Below are positions 53,152 through 64,000 of a stretch of DNA of 64,000 bases, piece after piece. Numbering within the stretch: position 1 is the stretch's first letter; every line of letters begins with the position of its first letter. The position numbers and the translations under genes are program-made. The notes below the pieces were generated by a model. It saw nothing but the letters and a program-made list of their open reading frames with translations. It did no database searches and was not told the origin of the DNA. Source of the stretch: Trichoplax sp. H2 (taxonomy: Eukaryota); contig NOWV01000017.1 of NCBI GenBank assembly GCA_003344405.1, positions 434,001-498,000 on the forward strand, given 5' to 3'.

Positions 53152-54523
53152 TTTGATTCTTTGCGATGTACTGAACTTGTCAACATGTTACAATATACGT
53201 ACAGCAAATAGTAACCGACCTATTTTAAGATTATTTATTGCAGTAATTTTATAAATTCTCGATAATAAATTAGTAAATGTACATACAAATTGCGTATTTT
53301 ATTCACAAGATGAGCTTTATCAACATAAAAGGCAAAAAAAAAGGAAAAGAAAACTAGATTTCCTGTTGAAGTTTTCGTAAACCGCAACATACATGTACGT
53401 TGCTATGGGCTAATTTGTTAATTTGCAGTGAAGTTAAATTCACAGTAGAATTTAGAATAATTGAGATATGCTCATTGTGATGTAACCATAAAAGAGCTTA
53501 GTATAGTGTAGATGTCCTATTTCTAGTGATACTGCAATAATAATAAGATACTATAAATAACATGAGTGAATTTATGATTTACAGGGTAAAAAAGTTTTGA
53601 ATTGACCGTAAATATTTTTGACTACAGTATAGTATAGCGTAGGATATACGTCCATTTTTTATCGTAGCATTTAGAGGTCAGAAAGAAACCTTTCTGCTGT
53701 AGCATTTGACAACCTTGGTTTGGTAGACTAGTTTGGCTCGAAAGTTAAGCGTACTGCTTATGTTATAATTAGATTAGTCAATTTTCTCGGATAGAGATAT
53801 GGCTTTCTTGTATAGTACTTCTATGGACATGTTTTATTTCAACAATCTATACTTGTAATACTGTACCTTAAAATAAAATTGGCATTGTATAAGTACGAAC
53901 TTTAACTACTGTATAGTGTACTGTACACCTATTCATGTACTGTACAAATTAAATTAAAATTTAATAATTTAATTTATAGTCCTGCGTTATAACCATACAT
54001 ATATTATATATTAGATAGTGATTCAATATTAGCGACTAATTGTGTATTAAGAGTATTTAACGTATACATACTGTATAGTAGTGTTACAGTACTAAATATG
54101 TCCTTTAACCATGCGACTAAAAACACATACAGTAAAAGATATCTTAACAGTAGTACTATTTACCAAACGAATCCTGAAAGGAGCCAACCCTGCAAAGACT
54201 TGGGTAATCAACAGTACAGTTCGTACACGTATATTTGATTTTCCGAACCGTACAAACATAACAGAGCGAATTTATAATGTATATTTCATATACCATATTT
54301 ATCATTGTACATATTTCTAGCTTGTCGTAGAATCACCGTAGTTAAACTTATTGAATTTATAGTATGGATTATAATTATGAACTAGTCTCCTGTAAGTAGT
54401 CCATGATTATACATATATTGCACTGTATTTGACATGAATATACTATCTTGTAAGTCCATGTTACTGCACTGTCCTGTACTGTATAACAGTAGTGCAGTAC
54501 TGTATGCTATTAACTAAATTAAA

Positions 54524-54638
54524 GGGAAAATTACTCACCAAAAAAGCAAGTTTCGATTCATTATTAATTTCGAAAATTAATAATCGAAATTAATTAATAA
54601 TGAATGAAAACTTGCTTTTTTTGGTGAGTGATTTTCCC
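54524..54638. repeat. 115-bp inverted repeat (foldback), MITE-like
   Basis: The left arm GGGAAAATTACTCACCAAAAAAGCAAGTTTCGATTCATTATTAATT nearly matches the reverse complement of the right arm, GGGAAAATCACTCACCAAAAAAAGCAAGTTTTCATTCATTATTAATT. Confidence 0.85.
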
Positions 54639-55984
54639 ATTCAATGGGATGAAAGTGATTGAGTACAGGACATGATAGCGTATAAATAGTACAGCGTTAC
54701 CGTGATGATAGAGACGTTATTTTTTTGCTCGTGCTAGGCTAATATTCCTCACTACGCAGGCGTAAGGAATTTTTTAATTTTAAAAAAAATAACCGCCACA
54801 AGTCAACTGTAAATACTCGATTGTACCCATACCGTCGTCGTATTGATGTTGTAACAACGCATGTGTCACTACGTCACCAACAGGACGGTTAGGTCAATCA
54901 TTGGCGTTTCAGTCAACACCACCAGTCACTCCATTTTCAACCATACCGCAATATCTTGTCATCACTAAGGGCTGAATCGGCCTGAATGACCAATCCAACC
55001 GTCTACAATATTGATGTGATAGAATCTACTGGGGAAGACTGGACTACCTTCCTTAATCTTCCAACAACTTTTGTGGCTTTGAGTTTGCAACACAGTGATA
55101 ATTTGTTAGGGAAATTTGACCTGAAGGTGTAAACTATAAAATTGACAGAAGACTTACATCAAGAAGAAGTCAACAAGATTCTGCATTCTTCTCAAGATAT
55201 TAGAGCCAACGGGTATGTTAGTTTGTCACTTGTGGTCATTCTTGTCGACGTCATTCACATACTAAGGAGTATTATTGCTACGCTCGTACATGCTCATCCA
55301 CGCAAAGCGATCCCTATATTGGATCGACAAATTCTGTCAAGTGCCCGGAATCTTGATCAGAAAAATAGTGTTCATAAGTAGAAAATCAATGAAAAATGAC
55401 GCTAGTTGTGCACATAGTCAATAACGATTGAATATTGTAATGTTATAGTCCTACTTACTACAGTACTTGACTTTTAGAGAAGAAGATGAATATATTGTAA
55501 AATTAAATAGAACGATCGTTTTTGAAAATCAATCTAAGTTCGATAATGACTTTATGGTATCGTATACATATTCAGCAGCCTACACTATAATACAACTCGA
55601 TCCCAACTAGCATAGATTGCAGCTGTCCAATGTGAAATGAAATGAAAAATAGCAATAGAAACCTACAGTACTCTACAATACACTAGTACAGTATGTTATG
55701 TTAAGTGAAGTAATCGAAGTTCTGCTCATTTTTCATCCAATAACTATCAGATACTGCGATAGCTAACTACAATACAGTATCCTATACTTTCTATGCTTAT
55801 CGATACAGAAATAGCCGTTACAGAATTCAATTTATCATTGATAGTTATACAAGTAAAAATTGCTACATATCCAAGCTTTCAATCGATTTATATAAACTGT
55901 ATAGACTGCTAGGATATTCATAAAAAAATGCCATTCGTTTCAGGCAAGAAATAGTTTACTGTATATCGAAGGTCTAGTTGCATC

Positions 55985-58900
55985 ATGAGACGCAGTACAT
56001 TTGGTGGACGGCTGTCCTCTTCTCGTGCTTCATTATCAAGTATATCTTCAGCGGTGAAAACCCCGAGAAAATCTTCCTTATCAGGGTACGTTTATTCATC
56101 ATAGCTATCCAGCAGTTCTAATAAATAGATGGAATAAACTACTTACTTAGCGTCATCTTGGTTCAGTTCAATTATGCATGCGTATGTGATTATAAAAGTG
56201 CTACTATTAATTAATTAATACACCGTAGCATAGTGCTGGTTGGCTAAAATTTAGCAATACTTTACTGTGTACAGTGTACATCTTTAAAACTGATACAGTC
56301 CTAAACAATGTAAGTATGACGATTAGCTGATACCCACCTATGTCTATAAAACGAAGCTAATGATTGCAATTTATACAAAACTTCTCTTTTCTTATGACTA
56401 GCTTCATCTAGAGTGAATTACATACGCAAATAATTTAGATGATTTCTGACCAATCTCGAAACATTATGTTAATTTACCATAAACTCCTAAATACTTACTC
56501 ATGTCTAATATTTCAGCCAACGACGATCGAGTCATGGAGTAGTCGTCAAATTACCGAATCCTAGAGACAAAGGTAACTTATGATAACAGATTGATCAAAT
56601 CTTTAATAGCTAACATGTTCAAGAAATACTAATAGATCAATGCCATGTATAATATTTCTTGTAAAATAATCATGCTGCACATGTCTTCGTTAACGACGAT
56701 TAATCTCATCAGTTCGATTCTTTTTGTAAATTAAACACAATTCTCATTTATTGCTTAACATGAAGGTTATCAACAACGTTGTATCAAGAAGTTGATGGAG
56801 GTCAGTTGATAGTTGCTTTTGCAAGTTTAAGAATATTAACCGTTAAAAATGTTGCGCTACGGCTGCATAATTAATTATAGGCACTTGTCAAATGCCAATT
56901 CGTTTTATACCCTTACAACAGGTATACTCTTCTAATACTGTATATTAACTTTTAATCATTGTTCTCGCCATTAGTTTCTCATTGAGAATTCCTACCCTCA
57001 TCAAGTTTCTACCAAGAATCTAATGTCACCTAGCTCTAATGATTTCATACGTGTATTTCAGGTAATTCATCTATATTTATTATACTTAATAATCAGTTGC
57101 TACTTTATTAGAACATGCTTATCTATTAGGTAGCATAATTCTCGAGCTATTTACAACTCCGATGTTTAGAAGTATTTTTCTAATTTATCCTATCAAATTA
57201 AGCTAAGGTTTTCCCTACTTAACTTAAGACATTAATTTTTTAGTTTATATACCAATTTATAATTCCTAATGTTGCAATTGGTAAAAAATATGAAGAAGAG
57301 GTACCAAATATATTCAGATCGTTAGGGTGAGTATGCTGCTACTGCTGTATTCTATTAGTATAATTAAAAGTAAAAACGTCAAACGTTTTGGATAGGTGGG
57401 TACTATTATTTTAGGTAGCACCTGTGTAAACTTCAACTGAAACAGAGTAACATAACTAGGCCTAAATATTACGCTGTTATCATTCACTGTAGCTATCCAG
57501 TTACTATTTCTAAAAGTTTCATGTTCAGTGTTGGCACACCCCATACATGGCCTATACTCCTACAAGCACTAACCTGGCTTACAGAAATAGTTCAGGTAAT
57601 GTTGATAATACCCTAAATTAACAAAGTTATTACTATTAATAGTTTTTATTGGATTCTGTTCACATTACTATAACAGCTGGCACTGCTCTTTGAAATTGAT
57701 GAAATTATGCTTCTTGATAGCGATCCAACCAGTTCATTGGCTGGTGAGGTGGTTGCGTCGGATAGAGCCGTAAGGAATAACTCTAAGTGTTATTTATTCC
57801 GAGATTAATTGCTGTATACGGTACTTACAATCGGTTACATTCACAGTTACAATATGATTATATGACAACTGGGTACAATGAATTTCTCCTTGGGAAAGAT
57901 GACTACCCGGAACTGCAAGAACACTTGCAACAAGAATTAGGTGTTTTTCCTGTTAATTAATTACTAATTCGTATACTGCCTATAGTCGTAGATATTGTGT
58001 ATTTACAATGAACGTTAGTAATTAATTGTTTATGTGTACTTTTTTAGATAGAAGATGGAAGTCTGTTCGTGAAAGTAAGTTGCATATTTGTTTCTTTATC
58101 GGAATTACGCAGTAAGTTAAAACTGTCTTAATGTATAAATTGTTAGAAATTAGCTCTATTGAAACTCATATTGAACACCAAATGGAAGAATTATCTATTC
58201 TGGAAAATGATCCGGTATGACCTACTTATTACGTTATGTGCGTATTTCCTTGATATTATATGCAAACTCAAACTCTGTTACTTTCTACGTGGTAAACTAT
58301 TTACAGTTATCTGTAGATAACTTACAGAAAAAGCAGGCTATCCTAATCGAAGACAGGTAATCTCTAGTACGAACTAGCATTTGTGCTTCTTGATAGTAAT
58401 ACTATCGTTTCCTGTTCAAGAAATAAATTCAAGAAATATATACAAGACCTTCAATTACACAACAGTCGACTTGTAAGGCTAGAACAGAAACAAGTAGAGG
58501 AAAAGCAAACTTTAGGTCAGAGTAGGAAATAATATCATAACTTTAGCTTGCCTAAATATAACCTATTAGTATAATAAAGTCACCTACAACCTAAATTCGT
58601 TTATTAAACAGAATCCGAAACTCGGTCGCTGGAGGAACTCAGTAAAGACCTTAAAGTAGGCATATTTAGTTTAGTATAAATTTCTTCATGAAAAATAATA
58701 ACAAATTCTAATCTTCCCGATAACGTCAATATAAAGGCAAGAATTAGCGAACAGAAGCTAAGTGCAAGCGCTGCTGAAAAGATTAAGATGGCAATCAAGG
58801 AGAAACAGAGCCTTTGCAATATATTACAAAAAGAGCTAGATGAAGGTAACGAAGAATTGTGGAATTCGGAATTAAAACTGACGAAGAGACGCGATAAGGT

Positions 58901-60322
58901 ATTAAGCGCTAAATTAGTATCGCAATACAATATGCTATTCCATAAACTTATCACTACGATATTATAGCAAATAAAAGTGACCTAACTGTTATTATCATGT
59001 ATGTATTAAATATAGTATGAAGAGGCCTATCGGCTGTACTTGAGCCATGTTAAAAAAGTGCTACCCTCTACTTCGGAAAATGAATCAATCGAAAATTATG
59101 AGCTGTGCATCAATAAAAATCTAATTAGTCAAAAACGGAAAGTTGTTAAGGTAAACCTTGCTAATGTAGTATGAAAACTCAATTGAAATGGATAACTCTA
59201 ATGTATTTCTGTCATAAACTTATCGTGTATGCTTGCTTGCTGTATAGAATACAATTGCATGATTATTTCGTGTTGTTACAATTTTAGCCTAAAATATCAC
59301 AAGTTAAGCGAGAGTTCTCGGACAAGATTCGCCGTTGCAACTCTAAAAGAGTGACGGAAGAAGCGAATGTTGAAGAGGTTATTTATGTACTTAAATATTA
59401 TTTACGTATAGTTTCTTTAGTTCACTGTTGCATAACTTATATTTAAATTATTGCCGCATTTAATCAGTAGAAATATTGTTTAATACTTTAAATTGTATTT
59501 CACAGGTTCTGCGTTCCCTTGCTAATACACAAGACCGTTATGAAGGATTGGAAGCTGAAATTACATCCATTAAAGAAAAGACTCAAGCCGAAAAAGTGGT
59601 TCGTATCTAATTTTGGGCATGGTATTTTCAATAATTTTAAAGTTTTAAAATGATATCTGCCTTGTTACGTAATTAATGAAATGTTAGGATTTCCGTGATC
59701 GAAAGAAAGGCTTAAAAGACAAGGTTACAGATATTGATAATGAAATACTTCAAGATCGCAATTGCGAGAGTAAATGTGATCGCATCCGCCGGGAAATAGA
59801 GCTCTTAAAGAAAGAGTAAGATCAAATTTCGAGTCAAGTGCTAAATTATCACTCCCAGTATTTGTTATTTTTAAGTATAATTGCAAAGATTTTTAATCCT
59901 TGTAACCTCTACTCTCGTAGGCAAGAAAGAGTTAACCAAGAGATAATTATATCGACGGGTGACATGGATCGAGAGATCTGCAAAGTAGCAGAGGTCGTCG
60001 CTAAACATAAGAGCTATATGAAGGTTAGTGATCATAGATCTTCTGATAAACTGACTAGTGTAACTAATTTATATTAGTCAGGCTTTTCAATTAGCGAAGT
60101 TTTAGAGGAATTTCATTTCTTCATACAAATTATTAGTAAAATAATATTTTAAATGCTTGATCGCGTTGCGTAACTTTAATAACAAGTACTTTTTGATTAC
60201 CTAAACTATCACAGTCTTTAGCTGACAACTGTAGCAATGAAGCTACTAAAATTATTAAAAAAAGATTGAATTCATTAACTGAATGCAAAGAAGAAATTGA
60301 CCATCTTGTGCTGGAACAATAA
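55985..60322 (+). CDS. NDC80: Kinetochore protein NDC80/Hec1, multi-exon
   Basis: Ser/Arg-rich N-tail MRRSTFGGRLSSSRAS, then PRDKGYQQRCIKKLMEFLIEN.Y, and the CH-domain motif [41 protein letters not shown], followed by long coiled-coil exons. Confidence 0.94.
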
Positions 60323-63300
60323 GTTAACCTTGTATATAAAGCCTACTCTGCTACTGGATGTTACTTGTTATAAAACTTATTTGAAATGCTGTACAAAGGA
60401 CAGTTGTCTAATCAACTATGGCTAATAGTAAATATATTGTTGTCGAGATAACTAACATCCATAAAGAATTTCAATAGCACCATCTCAGTAAGATAATATT
60501 TTTTTAGTATGCACGCTATGATTAATGATCTCCACAGTCCACTTTGAGCTAATTTTTATCGGAGCAAATATCTTGTGTATACTGTACGATTCACTGTAAT
60601 TTATGATTTGTGTAAACTTGTAATATGTCAAAAAATTAGATAGTGACAATGAATGGAAATGACTTCAGTTTCTAGAATCATCTTTGCGAATACCATGCAG
60701 TAAATTCACACTTATATGGTTCGATCTTTTATATTTCATTGTATTATATTTGAGTGTTTCACAGTGATGTAACTCACGCTGACAATATTAGTATATCTGA
60801 TAACGCTCGTTAATGTATGATTTATACGTATTAGATTTTATACATTGTTATCTTGTTTATGTTCTACTTTTTATGAACATGCATCGCGGTTCAATTCACC
60901 TGCAAACGACCATAGGAATATGGTTCATATGTAATAATATTTAGGTATAAACTTCAAATATCATATAATTTTTCATCTGTAACACTATAGTAGCAGTTAC
61001 TGCGCACTTTTATACATGAGTTGTTGGTTATCGTCTGCTTAACAACTTATTAGTTGCGATAGTTGGCAGATGGAATTATACAGTAATTGTAACGTTAGTA
61101 TAGGTTGTATTAAAGATGCGAGGCCTATTCAATTTAGATTACTTTATATTTGTGATCGCAGAAGAGCTTGATTTTAAACTTGCATTGTATAGTGCAATAC
61201 TGTACGTACGCGTATATAATATTGATTGCATCCGATCCCATTATACCCTGAGATTCATATTTAAAATTAATAAATTGCAATACATATAATAAAATGATCT
61301 GCCTCGATGTAGTGTTAGATGAATGCCACAAAACACTTCATTGATTGTTACACGTATTACTCTATTATAACAAAATTACTTGTGTTTAAAGTAAATTTAT
61401 GCCATTACAGACCACTATAGCAGCTCGAGCACCATACTATAGTGCGCAATCAACCTTATGTGTGAAATACGGATAGTTGTGCAGTATAGCAAATTTTCTT
61501 TTAGCATGCATGAGTACGTAGTATCATACATTTGTACAGTATTTTTCACTAGATCTTGATTTATTCGTTAGTTTAACTGAAAGATTAAGCTATCTATAGA
61601 GAATTACATTCATTAAGCAAAATGAGATTAATTTTAAATATATTTCGTTAAATACCTTCTAGTTGTAGAACCTTGAATATCAATCGGTTTTGTTACTCCA
61701 TATACGGTGTCTATTAAAACATTACCTTAACTATTTACACTGTTAACTTTATCACTTCATTCGCATTTGATATATGATCAGTGTTTCGTTTTTAACTATG
61801 AGAAGGAACACGACCTAACACGCGCATAACGTGGATCTCTATGGAAAGATCTGGCTTTTCATCAAAATTTAAGTTTATATAACTTTAATTTCATACTGTT
61901 CCTCTAATTGTGCAATATACAATCACAACAGTAGTACTTCGACTAGATTTGGCAAAAGGCATCGATCTGTATCAGCATGCTCGTATGGTATAACATGCAA
62001 TGGTGTAATATTATAACGTATAGTAAAATGGCTACTTGTTAATCGCGATGATTATGCACTGCACGCATTGATTAAGACCGTTAAATTTAAGGTGAACAGA
62101 AGTTGGCTAGAAATAGCCTAAAATACAGCCTTCCAGTTGAAACATATTCATACTTTTCTAGCATCGAAGTTATTGTCTGGATTAACATTACTGATCGACG
62201 TGGTTTACTACTAAATCCTTAGTACTGTATTCGTACCCACTTAACAAAAATGTTTAGATTGACTAACTCTTGTATGTAATCAGAGATCATTTGAGTTAAC
62301 GGCATTATGATTCTAGCACATCACCGGCCGAAATGCTTTACTGTAGCTCTTCTTATAGAACGTTATCTTTTACAATAAAAGCTCAGTGTCAGTAAATGCG
62401 CTGTTGTTAGAATCTTGAAACTTGTAACAGTTACACACGGCTCGTGTAAACGTACCTTTTAACGTAAGAACTGCTGCGTCCATTTTTTCTATTTTATTTG
62501 GGAATACATCAAATGCAAGATACATGATAGCTTTATGTATTTGATATAATATAGCAAAATTTGGCGCCACGTTTGTATATTGTAAACTGTAAAGTTACTT
62601 CTAGTCATTACTCCGCAAAAAATAATGATAATTGTGACACAAGCCATGGACTACTAAAATTTTTTTTTCACCAATCCATACGCGAGCCTAAACATCTCAG
62701 AAGAATTAACCTTGTACGAGGATCCTAGCGAATACCCAGAATTTTATGTTTACTTAAGCTATTGTTACAATCAAATCTTTAGTGATGAAATGTACAGTAT
62801 AATTCATAGACTAAGAGGATTCTTGCTTATGGGACAACTATCCCTCGACAACCAAACGCATTTACGATATAGTGGAAGCAGAATTAGCTTTATGAAAGTT
62901 AATTCTTCATGACAGTTATTCAAGGAATTGCCGTTAATATAACATTAAACATATACTGTAATAAAAGGTTCATTTACCAATGTTAATTCAATTCCCCCGG
63001 ACAACTATCGCCGATAACTAAACTCATTTGTGATATGGCTTAAATAGCTTCATAAAAAACCAATTCTTTATGAAAGAGTTATGAAGACATTGCCGCTAAG
63101 TTACCATCTCTCTTTACTTGTGCATGTTTGAGATATCTACATTAGTCTCACAAGTCGCGCTGCCTGTTCATTAACCAGTACTGTATTTATGTTACGGCCA
63201 ATGTAATTAGAAATCGGGCATCGTATTTAGACTACATTTTCATGGGCGTGGTGAGACCTTGGTTGAAAGTTGAAAGCTGTTCAGTGTTCAGCCTTAAAAC

Positions 63301-63782
63301 GATATTGTAGCCCTTAATTAGGTCTTCCAATTTTGAAGCTATTTACTTTGAATTTGGCTAAAATTTCACGAATACAAGTCACTACAACCTTGAGCAATTG
63401 GTAGTTCATGTTTTTATTTTTGACTTTTTACTGCGTTATTGAGTTATTTTATTTATTTCTTTGCAATCTTTAATACAAACTATCAGTCACTGGCAAGTGT
63501 ACGGTCAGCTCAACCAGTTCTACAGTACAACTCACGCTGAAATAATGGTTTCTTGTTCGACCGGAGTTCAGTACAGTACAGTACAGTAACTATACAGTGT
63601 ACAGTACAGTACGCGTAGACTCACTTCGGTTCAAACCGTTTTGATCTGTACGCGTTACTCGCTGGTTACCGAAAAGATTGCTACTGGACCTACAGTACAC
63701 TAGTACAGTACAGTCCGTACAACAGAAGAGACAGTAGACAGTCAACGGTACGAATGCCGCAGTGCATTATGGACTGAGCACC

Positions 63783-63796
63783 GTTTCCATGGATTT
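63783..63796. promoter_or_regulatory. RFX X-box-like motif upstream of CLUAP1
   Basis: GTTTCCATGGATTT (compare GTTTCCATGGATAC), ~50 bp before the ATG. Confidence 0.45.
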
Positions 63797-63844
63797 TATG
63801 CAAAGTAAAAAAAGAACCAGATGAAATCCTAACATAGTAGCAAA

Positions 63845-63866
63845 ATGTCATACAGAGATCTACGAA
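63845..63866 (+). CDS. CLUAP1: First coding exon of clusterin-associated protein 1 / IFT38; gene continues beyond the window
   Basis: ATGTCATACAGAGATCTACGAA|GTAAGT encodes MSYRDLR(N), matching the conserved CLUAP1 N-terminus MSFRDLRN. Only 22 nt are visible. Confidence 0.75.
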
Positions 63867-64000
63867 GTAAGTAAATTAAATATGAAAATGCTTATCACTA
63901 CCGTACATGATCAAAATTTCATGATAGTTTTAATTCTAGTACTAGTTAAGAGAATATATCGACAAGGACTGAAATTGATCACTACTTTAACTGTGTAATG

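Noticed and set aside
58604-58954. 116-aa hydrophobic minus-strand ORF
   Set aside because: Antisense shadow of NDC80 coiled-coil exons.
15046-63866. Functional cilia/sensory gene cluster (TTC21B, otoancorin-like, opsin-like, CLUAP1)
   Set aside because: Interspersed with unrelated genes (RAI1/TCF20-like, NDC80), and co-regulation cannot be shown from sequence; proximity may be coincidental.
1-64000. tRNA, rRNA, snRNA genes or intact transposons
   Set aside because: None recognised by eye. A covariance-model scan (tRNAscan-SE/Infernal) would be needed to exclude small RNAs.

Overview
AT-rich (roughly one-third GC by eye) eukaryotic genomic DNA with many short GT-AG introns and two 20-N assembly gaps. 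The gene content and style suggest an early-branching animal, most likely a placozoan such as Trichoplax (inference). Genes were reconstructed by manual splicing, in order: CCDC12/Cwf18 (+); a tandem trio of MIF/D-dopachrome-tautomerase-family genes (-) sharing the human MIF intron positions, only one of which keeps the full catalytic residue set; TTC21B/IFT139 (+, about 42 exons); a GPI-anchored otoancorin/stereocilin/mesothelin-family gene (-, about 27 exons) with an internal RRRR furin-type site; a compact RAI1/TCF20-like AT-hook + ePHD gene (-); an intronless opsin-like GPCR lacking the retinal-binding lysine (+); NDC80 (+); and the first exon of CLUAP1/IFT38 (+). Non-coding features include X-box-like motifs upstream of both IFT genes, recurrent (CAGTA)n tracts near gene starts, several intronic and intergenic tandem repeats, a 115-bp foldback, and two gap-flanking duplications that look like uncollapsed haplotypes. 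All family assignments come from recalled motifs; no database search was run.
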